In this document: positions 49,966 to 61,852 of the stretch, piece after piece
Layout of the letters: each line of letters begins with the position of its first letter
Position numbering within the stretch: the first letter of the stretch is position 1
Assembly (NCBI GenBank): GCA_963845065.1
Contig: CAWJQQ010000002.1
Coordinates: 1 to 64,000, forward strand
DNA length: 64,000 nt
DNA from: Nitrospirota bacterium
GTDB taxonomy: Bacteria; Nitrospirota; UBA9217
Direction of reading: 5' to 3'
The notes under the pieces: generated by a model
Told to the model about the DNA's origin: nothing
What the model saw: the letters and a program-made list of their open reading frames with translations, nothing else
Database searches by the model: none
Translations under genes and position numbers: made by a program

Positions 49966-50267
49966 TCTTTTACTCCTTCTTTGAAATTCATCAGGAATTA
50001 CACGGGTCTCGCCTTCTTCGATGGCTATGCGGATACCTTTTTTTATTTTGAATTTTTTTCTTTGTTCCACAGGAATGATCACTTGCCCCATGTAATAGTC
50101 TCTAATAGGGTCATATATCCTATCTTTGTCCTTTTTACAACATTATAGCACTTATACCTGCTGTTCATGATGAATTACTCACATCTTTTACGAGAGCGTT
50201 CTACAGTTAGTATCTACGCCAACGGATCTAAAATTCAAATTGAAATGTGATATTATTTCGATTCATA

Positions 50268-50400
50268 GTGAATTACCCCGCAGCAGAGCTGCGGGGCATC
50301 AAAACCGATAGAACCTAAATCCAATCAGATTCTTATCCTGACTTCGTCAGGATTGTCCTTTTTATCCCAGCAGTAAAACTGCTGGGTATTCAAGGACAGG
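50268..50400. repeat. Triple-hairpin element, probable IS200/IS605-derived MITE or REP cluster
   Basis: ccccgcagc-aga-gctgcgggg; atcctgac-ttc-gtcaggat; cccagcagt-aaa-actgctggg. Confidence 0.6.
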
Positions 50401-50586
50401 TTTTATAAATCGAGAACTACATCCTACTTTTGGTGTTATTATCTTTGGCAACAATCAATACTTCATCTCGAATTTATTAACGCATACCCTACAAATACCC
50501 CGTCGGAATTGTTGACACAGCCGTGAATCAGGCATATATTCGTGACATAATGTAACAATAAGAAGTATGAACATTTTTCTTACTAA

Positions 50587-51550
<964 letters not shown>

Positions 51551-51686
51551 TGTTAGATAAAGAATACTGGCTGCGTGTTATCTGGATTGATGGACATCGC
51601 TTTCAATGCGAAAGACGGCTAACATCTGTTTCAACCTGTTACGATCACAAGATCACAGTGATGTTGAGTCGAAAAGGAGATAAACC

Positions 51687-52703
51687 ATGAAAGTATCTGT
51701 TCTCTATGGCCCGCGCGATATGCGTTTCGAGGAGCGCGATTTCCCGAAAATCATCAAGCCGACGGATGCCATCATAAAGATATCGGCCACCTGCGTGTGC
51801 GGGTCTGATTTGTGGCCCTACCGCGGTATCAATCCGATCACTCAGCCGACGCCGATGGGGCACGAGTACTGCGGCATTGTCGAAGAAGTCGGCAGCGCGG
51901 TCACCTCAGTCAGGCGCGGCCAGTTCGTGATCGGTTCGTTCTTCGCCTCAGACAACACCTGCCCCACCTGCCAGATCGGTTATCAGTCGTCCTGCCAGCA
52001 TCGCGAACTTATGGGCGGTGCACAGGCGCCCTTTCTGCGCATCCCGCACGCGGATGGCACCCTGGTGGCGACTCCGGCAGTTCCCTCGGATAGTCAGATC
52101 CCGAGTTTGCTGACGCTCTCCGATGTTATGGGCACCGGATGGTTTGCTGCGGACGCGGCCGACGTAAAGCCGGGCAAGACGGTCGTGGTCGTTGGTGACG
52201 GCGCGGTCGGGCTGCTTGGCGTGCTCTCTGCCAAACAGATGGGTGCCGGGCGGATAATCGCGATGAGTCGCCATGAGTCTCGGTCAAAGCTCGCGCGCGA
52301 GTTCGGCGCAACTGACATCGTAACCGAGCGCGGTGACGAAGGCGTCGCTCGCATCAAGGAGATGACCAAAGGAATCGGCGCTGACTCGGTGCTGGAATGC
52401 GTCGGCAACCAGGAGTCGATAATGCAGGCAATTCATTCGACCCGCCCGGGCGGATACGTGGGCTATGTCGGTGTTCCGCATGGGGTCGAGCTCAATGGCC
52501 AGAAACTGTTCTTCGCCCATGTCCATCTCCACGGCGGTCCAGCTCCGGTGCGCCGCTACCTGCCCGATCTGATCGGCCTTGTGTTGAAAGGTAAGATCAA
52601 CCCGGGCAAGGTATTCGACCTGACCCTGCCTCTCGACCAGGTAGCCGAGGGCTACCGTGCGATGGACGAACGCCGCGCAATAAAGACTCAGCTACGCCCC
52701 TAA
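51687..52703 (+). CDS. Zinc-dependent alcohol dehydrogenase family protein
   Basis: CVCGSD, GHEYCG, GDGAVG. Confidence 0.92.
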   Translation: MKVSVLYGPRDMRFEERDFPKIIKPTDAIIKISATCVCGSDLWPYRGINPITQPTPMGHEYCGIVEEVGSAVTSVRRGQFVIGSFFASDNTCPTCQIGYQSSCQHRELMGGAQAPFLRIPHADGTLVATPAVPSDSQIPSLLTLSDVMGTGWFAADAADVKPGKTVVVVGDGAVGLLGVLSAKQMGAGRIIAMSRHESRSKLAREFGATDIVTERGDEGVARIKEMTKGIGADSVLECVGNQESIMQAIHSTRPGGYVGYVGVPHGVELNGQKLFFAHVHLHGGPAPVRRYLPDLIGLVLKGKINPGKVFDLTLPLDQVAEGYRAMDERRAIKTQLRP

Positions 52704-52743
52704 ATCTCTTTGTGCTTTTTGAAGGGCTGACCACTCCCCATGT

Positions 52744-54280
52744 CTAAAGCCAGGGGGTTCTAGCGGCTGTACCGACAGGCTCTCCGGCAACAATACGAAC
52801 GTTGTCGGCCTCGACTGTCGTTGATCCGCCTTTAACGGACGAGCAGCTCTGTCTCCGGTTCGTGGTGTTCTCTTGCTTGATACCGAAGCTGGTTGGATGA
52901 ATTCGACCCTTTGCCGCTTCATGCTGCACCCCCAACACCGCCCGTTCCAGGAGCAGGTTTGCACCCGGCCAGGCTTTGGCAGCCTGACGCGTGTCGAGGA
53001 CATCGTTAGAAACATACTTTGCAAGGAATGCGGAATAGAGATCACGCTGGGTGCTTACCCCGCAGTTGCAGGCATGCCATCTTTGGGACAATGATTTTTT
53101 GGGCTACTGTTCCGCAATGGCATGTCTGGGAAAGCTTTGTGCTCCGGGTAGAAAACTCGGTTACTTTACCGCCAGCGTTTTCGGCTTTGTGGTGAAGCAT
53201 CGACATAAACATCCCCGGAGCTCGTCGCGAAATACTTTTACCATAGAGTTTCTGAAATGCTTTGTACGACAGTTTCTCGGTTTTGATGTCGGTACCGAGA
53301 GTGAGGACTTTGTTCACGAGCTTGCCATGAGACCGTTTTCTGGTTTCAGCAAGGATTCTTTGAAGTTCGGCGAGCTTAGCTTTAAGAATACGGTATTGAA
53401 CAGAAAAGACCCACTGCTTTTTACCCGTTTTGATGGTTTTGTCTCCGTTGTAGTTGCCCGGGTTGGTAGCACGAAGGCTTCTGGCCATTTTGCGCTGGAC
53501 GGTCTTGATACGTTTAAACGGTATCTCGACTTCAGGGCAAAATTCGAGTAGTAACGCATCGGTATCACCAACGATGGCAACTGTCGACGGGCCAATGTCA
53601 AGGCCAACGGTTTCGGTGCCAATCTGGTTCTCACGCTTGATCTTGGCCGTGCCTTTAAGCACAAGTTGGGCAAACCAGCGGGGATTGCCGCGGATAGTTT
53701 TCTTGACCAGACGAACGTACTTGACATCATGGCTAAGTGCATGAGCCTGAACACCAAACTTGTCTTTCTTGTCGAAGACACAGTTGAGACGAAGGCCAGT
53801 CCACTCCACATGGTCATCGCACCACCGAATACCAGATTTGTTGTTTTTACCTTCAAGGGACGACATCCAGCCATGGCGCTTGAAACGTGGTTTGCCATGC
53901 TTCCCAAACTCGTAGTCAGCGACGGCGCTATATGCTCGAGATGCTATCTTCTGGGCGGTCAGGCTGTCAATATGGTCTCCGATCCAGCAGGAATTGCGGA
54001 GGATACCGACGTAGTTATGAAGGTGGTATTCAGTATATTCAGCCTGGGTTCTGGCTGTCTTAAACATCTTGGTGCGAAGCTTGCTTTTCTTCTTCGTGAT
54101 CGCCACGAGCCATTTTTCTGATCGCCGCATGGCAGTAAGACGCTTCATCGCTTCACCAAGGCAGGCATTGTACAGATAACGGCCAGCTTCGAGCCGGGCA
54201 TCGAGCATTCGATTGTCCTTTGGAGTCACTACGAGTTGAAACTCGTGGATAAAAGATGGGGTTTTAAGTTTATTCGGCAT
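52744..54280 (-). pseudogene. tnpB: Full-length tnpB with one frameshift near 53095
   Basis: RuvC GLDIG and TEKL in one frame; CNC..QRDLYSA in the next. Confidence 0.9.
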
Positions 54281-54291
54281 TGGTTGTTTAA

Positions 54292-55729
54292 CCTGAATCC
54301 GGCGTGAGCCGGAATCTACTATGTTGAATCGACCGCTTAAAAATAGTGTTATAATGCCGAAAAGTGTGTGGAACCAAACCTACCTTTTTGATAGGTTACA
54401 TTCCTATGCCATTCGGACCCAAAAATCTCAAAATTTCCTTCACCGGGAAGAACGTCACTCACTTCGGTGGCGTATATCTTCTGCATCTCTTTTTCAAGCG
54501 CATCAAGCTGAAGGCTCTTCTCAGCAAGAAAGTTTTCTTTGCTCAGCGCAACAACCATTACACCATATCAGAGGTGATTCTTGCACTGGTATATCCCATA
54601 GCTCTTGGATTCGGCAGGATCGAGACGACTCACCTTCTACGACACAATGGAGTCTTCCAGTATCTGACGGGATTGCCCTCCTATCCCGATCCACAAACCC
54701 TTCGGCGCTTCCTCTTAAGAATGGCGCCGCTGTCTCTGACACGGCTCAGGCGGCTTCACGACAAACTGCTCTCGTCGATGATGCTAAAACCCTCTCCGCC
54801 TACACGCATTATTTTCGATATGGACTCAACCGTCCTAGTCCTGTACGGCAAACAGGAGATGGCCAATATCGGATACAATCCGAAGAAACGCGGAAGGCCA
54901 TCATACCATCCTCTTGTCTGTTTCAACGGCATTACCAAGGACTACTGGCACGGAGAGCTTCGGCCAGGCGATGCGCATACCGCAGCAGGAGTCCTCGACT
55001 TTCTGGAGGCAACCTTTGCCAAAGTGCCTTCTTCGGTAAAAGTCATAATCATCAGGGCAGACAAGGGTTTTTTCGACCACAAAACTGTCGAGTATCTGGA
55101 ATCCAAGAGTGCCCTCTTCGCTATCGTCGCCAAGCTGACTCCACCGATCAAACGAAAGCTTGCTGTTTTGCCGTATCACCCTTATACATCCGGCATCGAG
55201 ACGTCCGAGTTTACATATCCCATCAAAGCGGGACACAAGGAGCATCGGTTCGTCGTAATCCGCCGTCCGATACCAGAAGACCCATCGGATCAGCTCTCTT
55301 TGTTTACTCTGGGCAAGTACAGTTATCAGGTCATCGTGACAAACTTGAGCCTGACTCCACTCAACACGTGGAAATTTTACAACGGTCGAGCCGGCGTGGA
55401 ACTCATTATAAAAGAACTCAAAGGAGATTATCCTTTAGCGAAGATACCAACCAGACACTTTGCCGCCAACGAAGCGTATTTTCACATTCTTTTGTTTTCA
55501 TACAACTTGATCAACTGGTTCAAGCGCCTTTGCTTGCCAAAAGATCTGCACAATATAACGCTCAATACGTTACGATCACGCCTTCTACTTATTCCAGGCG
55601 TATTGGTAAAATCTGAAAACCGACCGACACTCAAATTTCCGGCCAATCTCTGGTATCGTGAAGCTTTCGAGTATGCGGTAAAGACAATTGATCGGCTGAA
55701 ATTCTGACCATTTTCACGCCGGATTCAGG
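54292..55729 (+). mobile_element. IS1380-family insertion sequence
   Basis: Perfect 16-bp IR cctgaatccggcgtga; 5-bp TSD tttaa. Confidence 0.95.
54406..55707 (+). CDS. IS1380 family DDE transposase
   Basis: VTHFGG, FDMDST, SYHPL, LRPG, IRADKGF, YNGRAGVELIIKELK. Confidence 0.93.
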   Translation: MPFGPKNLKISFTGKNVTHFGGVYLLHLFFKRIKLKALLSKKVFFAQRNNHYTISEVILALVYPIALGFGRIETTHLLRHNGVFQYLTGLPSYPDPQTLRRFLLRMAPLSLTRLRRLHDKLLSSMMLKPSPPTRIIFDMDSTVLVLYGKQEMANIGYNPKKRGRPSYHPLVCFNGITKDYWHGELRPGDAHTAAGVLDFLEATFAKVPSSVKVIIIRADKGFFDHKTVEYLESKSALFAIVAKLTPPIKRKLAVLPYHPYTSGIETSEFTYPIKAGHKEHRFVVIRRPIPEDPSDQLSLFTLGKYSYQVIVTNLSLTPLNTWKFYNGRAGVELIIKELKGDYPLAKIPTRHFAANEAYFHILLFSYNLINWFKRLCLPKDLHNITLNTLRSRLLLIPGVLVKSENRPTLKFPANLWYREAFEYAVKTIDRLKF

Positions 55730-55866
55730 TTTAAATATACCACATAGATGTACATTTGTCTACTAATTGCTGAAAAACAAAGTTCCCGCATTCATCCCCA
55801 TGGTTAAAACCAGGGGCTTTCTGCGGATAGTTTGGTAATGACTGATCACAACGATACCAGCAAGGA

Positions 55867-56194
55867 GTGAAAAACGACATCAAAAAAGCACAACATATTT
55901 GGAGGATGTCATCGATGCCTTAAAGGTTCCCAGCGAGGCTGCCGCTTATCTCAATACAGCAATGGAGGAAGGAGACCGGACGCTGTTCCTGCTTGCCCTG
56001 CGGAATGTTGCTTAGGCGCACTGAGGTATGGCCCCGGTTGCCGAAAAGGCAAAGTTAAAAGTGAGAGCCTCTACCGAATGCTGTCCAAGAAGGGAAACCC
56101 AAAGATCTAAAGCATTTTTACTCTATTGCATTCGATGAGACCGAAACTATCTATTGAGCCCAAGACTAGACCGGCAAAGTCCTCAATCTCCTGA
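55867..56194 (+). pseudogene. Addiction-module antidote (HI1420-like) pseudogene
   Basis: AAAYLNTAMEEGD..FLLALRNVA*..LYRMLSKKGNP; several stops and frameshifts. Confidence 0.75.
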
Positions 56195-56219
56195 CATTGT
56201 ATCAAAGTCCGAGAGCTGA

Positions 56220-56600
56220 CTAATGCCGCAGAGGTTTGCTTTCCCGCGATATTTGCGCTGTCGTTGTCGCTGTCGTTTTGCTGACAACCTGGGTAGCCGA
56301 TTTATTTAATTCAGGCAAAAGCAAGAACTCCACCGTCTTTTGCGGTGCGCCATCCAGAGAAATTACTTCTTTTCTTTCCCGATACCCGGGCAGTTTCACG
56401 GCGAGTATCTTTTTTTCAGTTACCATCTGCGCATTTTCAGAAAACTTCACCTTTATTGTTGCGGGCGTTTGCCCGATGCGTTTCCCATCGACATAAATAT
56501 TGGCGCCCGCAGGATCTGTTTTTACGGTGATGGTCGAAGTGGTCGCGCAACCGACCAATAACATAAAACAGAAGAGCATACCACCGAAAATTTTTATCAT
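56220..56600 (-). CDS. PEGA-domain lipoprotein
   Basis: LVGC, TDPAGANIYVDGKRIGQTP. Confidence 0.85.
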   Translation of the reverse strand: MIKIFGGMLFCFMLLVGCATTSTITVKTDPAGANIYVDGKRIGQTPATIKVKFSENAQMVTEKKILAVKLPGYRERKEVISLDGAPQKTVEFLLLPELNKSATQVVSKTTATTTAQISRESKPLRH

Positions 56601-56941
56601 TTTGTCCTTCCTTTTTCATTGCCTTGAACGTTATCTGGTATCAAGAAAAACGCAATATTCGGCATATCGATCGGATAGAGGTCGCGGGTTTGGGGCACAT
56701 AACCATCCTTTTTGACCTGGATAACCCTTCGAAGCAAGGAATCGTAGAGTGAGTCCTTGTTCCACGTAAAGAACGTCTGGATCTTTAATGGCGTCTCCCC
56801 AATTTTGTCACCGTCCATATAAACTACCGCCCCCACCGGCTCGGATGTTATAAGCAGGTCCCTTGTGAATTTCGTTGTTGAACTGCAACCGATTAGAACT
56901 CCTGTTACCATGACTGCAAGTAGCATAAATTTAATTCCCAT
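56597..56941 (-). CDS. PEGA-domain lipoprotein
   Basis: LIGC, SEPVGAVVYMDGDKIGETP, KKDGY. Confidence 0.85.
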   Translation of the reverse strand: MGIKFMLLAVMVTGVLIGCSSTTKFTRDLLITSEPVGAVVYMDGDKIGETPLKIQTFFTWNKDSLYDSLLRRVIQVKKDGYVPQTRDLYPIDMPNIAFFLIPDNVQGNEKGRTK

Positions 56942-57118
56942 TTCCCCTCCCTATCTTAATTGAGATACTATTACCTTCCGATGACGATTCCGGATGTGTA
57001 GACACAGCATGGATTCTACACTAGGATACTGCTATTATTTAGAATAAAACTTATGGCTAAACATCGTATTTTCTCTTTGGGCCAAATGACTGTCCTAATA
57101 TTTATTACGACTAAAATA

Positions 57119-57134
57119 TGCAAAGTTAATACCA
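57119..57134 (-). promoter_or_regulatory. Sigma-54 promoter
   Basis: TGG-TATTAACTTT-GCA upstream of the PEGA genes. Confidence 0.6.
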
Positions 57135-57657
57135 TCTCATTTCTTCTTTTTAAACAATGAGTTATATTTTTTGATTTTGTTTCTCGCCGTTTTCCTTTTA
57201 CCCAGTTAGGTAAACGATTTCCTAAGCCTGTTCATCATATTATTAAGGGTAATGTAGTGTTGATTTCCCTTGATTTAAAGCTGAGTGCACATAGTGAAAA
57301 AATTGTAATATAGTGTTGAAATTTCATAATACGACAATATATGCTCAAAAAATGACTGCAATGAATGTTGACAACGTCATATTTTTCATTTACCCTATTG
57401 TGAATTACCTGACAGAGAGGGGTTCCGCACAAGACCAAAATCACTTGTGAAGAGTCCTAATGCTGACTGGAAGATGTCAGGGAGTCGGATACAACCGGAA
57501 CCTACAAATGACCTAAGAATTTTTGCGTGCTAAGAGCTGATATATCTGTTCAAAACTTGATGATTGAAGCTTTAAAGAACTTTTTCATTAAGCATAGGGA
57601 GAAAGGACCGAAAGGGTAGCGGAAGGGCATTGTTCAAAAGGTACTGAGGTCTTATAT

Positions 57658-58077
57658 ATGAATAATCAACCTTCATCATCAAATCAACGGGGTTTACATG
57701 CTCTCGAACTAAGACAACAAGGCAATACTTTGGATGAGATTGGCAATTACCTGCATGTATCGAGAGAACGAGTTCGACAGATTCTCTTAAAGACAGAAGC
57801 TGAGATTGAAGGATTTAAAAAGTTTGAGAAACTAAAAGTGCGGTGTTCTACTCTAGCGCTACAGCGTGAAATACCTGCTGAAATTCTCGAAATGTCCATT
57901 GACCATCTAAACCTTTCCGTTAGAACGAGTAATTGTCTGAAAACAACTAATATCAAAACCATCGGCAATTTGATTTGCCAACAAAGTACCGATTTATTGA
58001 AAATCCCGCATATGGGCAAAAAATCCGTCAATGAGATTATACAAGCGATTGAAGAAGTGGGGCTTGCTCTTTGCTGA
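57658..58077 (+). CDS. Sigma-70 region 4-like HTH fused to an RNA polymerase alpha-CTD domain
   Basis: TLDEIGNYLHVSRERVRQI; SIDHLNLSVRTSNCLK..LLKIPHMGKKSVNEI. Confidence 0.85.
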   Translation: MNNQPSSSNQRGLHALELRQQGNTLDEIGNYLHVSRERVRQILLKTEAEIEGFKKFEKLKVRCSTLALQREIPAEILEMSIDHLNLSVRTSNCLKTTNIKTIGNLICQQSTDLLKIPHMGKKSVNEIIQAIEEVGLALC

Positions 58078-58158
58078 TATGCCAAATACTGCTGCCAAAT
58101 CTTCTATAGCTCTTTTGGATTTCCTTGTCGTTTCCTAGAACCAGTTGGAAATTAAAAG

Positions 58159-58186
58159 TCAAGGGCTGGGTGGCCCCAGCCCTTGA
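58159..58186. terminator. Hairpin between convergent genes
   Basis: tcaagggctggg-tggc-cccagcccttga. Confidence 0.6.
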
Positions 58187-58258
58187 TACCTCTCATCCGT
58201 TATCTTGCAAACGGGACTCAGTTTCAAAAACTGCGTTTCATCTGCTACTGTGCTACTG

Positions 58259-58519
58259 CTAATATCCTCTTCTACCAAACTCTATAGCGGCCTGAGTCTG
58301 CTCTATGGCACGATCCACGAGTTCAATGGCTCTTTCACGGTGTCCGCCCTTGTTGGCCTCAGCCCTCTCCAACTCGCTTCTTGCTGCTTTTAAATTATCA
58401 AGGGCTGCTACTAGGTGCGGCTGATGTGCATACGGCCGGCCGGGTGTCGCGCAACTCACTAGAAATGCAATAAACGCGATGGCGATAAGAAGAATCCCGA
58501 CTCTCTTCCACATTTGCAT
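58259..58519 (-). CDS. Small helical lipoprotein
   Basis: LVSC; QPHLVAALDNL..NKGGHRERAIELVDRAI. Confidence 0.75.
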   Translation of the reverse strand: MQMWKRVGILLIAIAFIAFLVSCATPGRPYAHQPHLVAALDNLKAARSELERAEANKGGHRERAIELVDRAIEQTQAAIEFGRRGY

Positions 58520-58601
58520 ACCATCCTTTCTAAATATTTTGGAAAGGCGAAGCCCTTATACAGAACGTCTATCGCTATCTTGGACTTTTGCTTTTCCAAA
58601 A

Positions 58602-58856
58602 TTATCGATATCCTCGTCCGCCATGTTCTCCAGCCTCAATGCCTCTTTTAGTCTGTTCTATAGCCCGATCTACGAAATCAATGGCTTTCTCACGGTGTCC
58701 GCCCTTGTTAGGCGCAGCCAACTCCAACTCATGCCTTGCTGCTTGCAAATGGTCAAGAGCAGCTCTCATGTGCGGGTGTCCCATCTGAGCCCAACCGGCA
58801 ACTGCACCACCAAGAAGCAATACAACAACAAGAACTACAATAGCTCTTTTTAACAT
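58602..58856 (-). CDS. Small exported helical protein, paralog of the adjacent gene
   Basis: HPHMRAALDHL..NKGGHREKAIDFVDRAI. Confidence 0.75.
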   Translation of the reverse strand: MLKRAIVVLVVVLLLGGAVAGWAQMGHPHMRAALDHLQAARHELELAAPNKGGHREKAIDFVDRAIEQTKRGIEAGEHGGRGYR

Positions 58857-58870
58857 AACCTATATCCTCC

Positions 58871-59365
58871 TTAATTATGAATTATACTACAGCCCGCGTT
58901 GCTCCCAGCATCTTCTTTCTGGGAATTGATTTTATCAGACGCCCGGTTTATAACCAGCCAGCAAAGCTTAAGCTTTTTTACGGCCTCGACTAATCCTTCA
59001 AACTCTACCGGCTTTTGTATGTAACCGTTCGCACCCAGTTGGTAGCTCTCAACCCGTTCAATGTCCTCTCTTGACGAGGTAAGAACAACGACCGGAAGGT
59101 TTGTCGTTCTGGGGTTTGCGCGTATGCGGTGTAACACCTGTAACCCGTCCATTTTAGGCATTTTAAGATCGAGAAGAATAACCTCTGGCTGCTGCTTGAT
59201 ATCCCGCCCCGAGTAGTCACCTTTGCCGAAAAGATAATCGAGCGCCTCTACCCCATCCTGCACTACCATTACCTCGTTTAGGATATTGTTCTTCTTGATG
59301 GCGAACAGGGTCAGGGTTACATCGTCATCACTGTCATCCGCTAAAAGAATGACCTTGCCTTTCAT
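58871..59365 (-). CDS. Single-domain response regulator (Rcp-like)
   Basis: LLADD, ILLDLKMPKMDG, LTSS, YIQKP. Confidence 0.9.
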   Translation of the reverse strand: MKGKVILLADDSDDDVTLTLFAIKKNNILNEVMVVQDGVEALDYLFGKGDYSGRDIKQQPEVILLDLKMPKMDGLQVLHRIRANPRTTNLPVVVLTSSREDIERVESYQLGANGYIQKPVEFEGLVEAVKKLKLCWLVINRASDKINSQKEDAGSNAGCSIIHN

Positions 59366-59740
59366 GGTTCCCCCCAGAACCAGTTCATATTCTTCATACC
59401 ATCCCGATGTGACTAAAGCCCAGGATCATACAATCTTTAGCGACGAATAACTTTAAGAAATCGGGAACCCAATCCATCATGAAACCATACTATTTAAATC
59501 TTGTATTAAATATAGCACATTCATACCTGCATTTTTAAGAATTGTGCTGGCTTATTCTGGTAAGACCTTTACCCGTCTTTGCAAAGGCATTTTTTTTGTC
59601 CGCAATGCAGGAATTGTATAGTATGCGGCAGACATCAAGAGTTTTCGTGAGTTTCAGTGCTTGCTGTTTCATAAGCTAGAGGCGACACTTCTATGTTTTG
59701 ATTTTCTGCAATGCAATGCTGTAAAAGATAGCGCAGATTG

Positions 59741-59824
59741 CGGAGAAAATGGACAGTTGTTCCGGAGATAAGTGGACAGCAATTCCGGAAATAAATGGAC
59801 CGCCGTTCCGGAGAAATTTTCACA
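59741..59824. mobile_element. Orphan IS21-family end
   Basis: ~22-bp tandem units tggac-N5-tccgga ending ttttcaca. Confidence 0.65.
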
Positions 59825-59945
59825 GTATGGGAAATGAGGTTTGGGCCAAATTCATAAATAGTTCCTTAAAAGCCTGACTCTTTATCTTGTTTATAATCCA
59901 AGTTGCACCCAGTGTTGGGTTGAATGACCGGTTGAGAAGTTTAAG

Positions 59946-60476
59946 TTAATTGCTTGCACGACCCACAGTTCCCTTGGGATATAAAGCTCGTACATAAAGT
60001 CGTGAAGCAACACGACGCAATCCGATTTCATCTAATTTAATTAATATTGATGATCTCACGTTTGCTTTAAATTTCCGTGAGGGCTTTGACTTATCATAAT
60101 CAACTGCTCTTTTCATAGAATACTTCAGCACGGCTAGATTGTGCTGTCCTTCAACAATATCTGCTGCTTCAGTGATTTTATTTTTCAATTCACCCAAACA
60201 AGCTTCACAGATTATCATCCAGCCACGCATTTCTGATTTTGCATTCGTATTTGGAGAATATGCCGGGGAGAATAACCACTCCGCTTCCCAAAAGCCAAGT
60301 TGATCAGATATGAAACTGGTAATTTTGCGCCAACCATCGACCATAATATCTTCTTTTGCCGACTCTCTAAATACACGCTCAAAATCCTGATAGTGCACAC
60401 CATGCCCTTCCTTAGAGAGGCATGTCAAACGGTCAAACAATTCGCTCTTTAATTCAGGCAATTTTAGATCGTCCAT
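59946..60476 (-). CDS. Hypothetical protein
   Basis: 176-aa ORF with AAGGAGG RBS. Confidence 0.65.
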   Translation of the reverse strand: MDDLKLPELKSELFDRLTCLSKEGHGVHYQDFERVFRESAKEDIMVDGWRKITSFISDQLGFWEAEWLFSPAYSPNTNAKSEMRGWMIICEACLGELKNKITEAADIVEGQHNLAVLKYSMKRAVDYDKSKPSRKFKANVRSSILIKLDEIGLRRVASRLYVRALYPKGTVGRASN

Positions 60477-61065
60477 AGTTGCCTCCTTAAGAGTTTGATA
60501 ATCTGGTTGGCTCTGTGATGTTATGGATCAGATTGCCGTTTTTTTTACCCACTTCATTCTCTGCCCTTTTATCAATTTTAGCACCAATTGTGCTGCATAA
60601 AGTTGCTGAAAAATGACGTCTTTAATTATCAGACAATTGCTCTTCAACTTCTTTTTGCTGCTTTAAAATGCAACCATCTAATGAAAATATAGCTCGAATT
60701 AAGGCGATGTCAACAACGAGGAATGAGTAAAGCTCAGGGTCTAACTTTGCTTGTTGTGAAGAATGAAAAATGATCAATTTTCAGGAAGGACCGACATTCT
60801 AAAAAAAGTCTCTATCCATGTTATAATAAAGAAAAGTATTTGTATCTTGTTCCTTGCTACAGGACCCGGACAGACCGAGCGATGGTAGGAGGTCCTGACA
60901 TAACAGAAAGGATGGATTTCATGAGCGCCTCTTCTGGGCTGGCAAAACCCTTTCAGTTTCTTCAAGTGGACGACGACCCAGATGCCGCCTTCCTGATACA
61001 AACGGCGCAACAAAGGAACAGCTTGCAACTACTTCATGTATAATTGGATTGGAAGGAGAGAGAGT

Positions 61066-61569
61066 ATGGCACACAAAACAACTCATATGCTCAAAAACAA
61101 AGTGAATGATCAAAATTACACCACTACCTTTTCGGTAAACCAAACTCCGGAGGAAGTCTTCGATGCCATCAATAATGTTCGAGGATGGTGGTCAGAAGAA
61201 ATTGAAGGTAGTACCGATAAACTCGGTGCTGCGTTTAAGTTCCACTACAAAGACCTTCACCGCAGCACCCAGAAGATCACTGAATTGGTACTAGGTAAGA
61301 AAGTCGTATGGCATGTCCTGGACAGCCGCCTTAACTTTGTCAAAGACAAGACCGAGTGGAACGGCACTGATATTGTCTTTGAGATCACCAAGAAGGACGA
61401 CAGGACCGAAATCCGCTTTACGCACGTCGGCTTGGTTCCTGCCTTGGAATGCTACGGTGACTGTTCAGACGCATGGGGCTCATATCTCAAGGACAGCTTG
61501 CGGAGCTTGATTACTACGGGTAAAGGGCAGCCAGAAAGAAAAAGGGGATGGGCTAAAAAGGCTGCTTAA
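61066..61569 (+). CDS. SRPBCC/AHSA1-like protein
   Basis: TPEEVFDAI..GWW, EWNGT, FTHVGL..ECY..W..SL..LITTGKG. Confidence 0.85.
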   Translation: MAHKTTHMLKNKVNDQNYTTTFSVNQTPEEVFDAINNVRGWWSEEIEGSTDKLGAAFKFHYKDLHRSTQKITELVLGKKVVWHVLDSRLNFVKDKTEWNGTDIVFEITKKDDRTEIRFTHVGLVPALECYGDCSDAWGSYLKDSLRSLITTGKGQPERKRGWAKKAA

Positions 61570-61852
61570 GGGCTCGGACAAGTGAGCCGTCAGACAGCAA
61601 GTGATGGGCAGCCCAGGTTAAACATGAAACTCCCCATGAAGATTGGCGTGGGGTTCGGCTTCGTCATCGCCATAACCGTGGCCCTTAGGGTGCTCGCAAA
61701 CAGCAACATGCTAAAAGGCTGCTCCCGACGTGATATGATACCTGGATTCGTTGAGCTGCAGCTAACTCTCCATCTTGGAGTTTGTCACTGGGCCGTCTAG
61801 CCGAAGACGGCCCTCCAAGAAATGCCTAACGAGATGACCAGCAGTTAACTCA

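Larger units (their letters stand above)
52727..55834 (-). mobile_element. IS200/IS605 (IS1341-type, tnpB only) element, family 2, with nested IS1380
   Basis: Right end ..GGTCAG at 52727; left-end hairpin 55784-55826; TTAC immediately 5' on the minus strand. Confidence 0.8.

Noticed and set aside
53314..53907. 197-aa alternative-frame ORF in tnpB, plus the many short antisense ORFs in the track
   Set aside because: No motifs or RBS, and they overlap well-supported genes
59741..59824. Short tandem repeats as a mini-CRISPR or iterons
   Set aside because: The 22-bp period leaves no room for spacers, and the terminal CA fits an IS21 end (same for 16718-16812)
61824..61850. GCCTAAC as an attC (also minus-strand ACCCAAC near 59915)
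   Set aside because: No matching L boxes or GTTRRRY partner found
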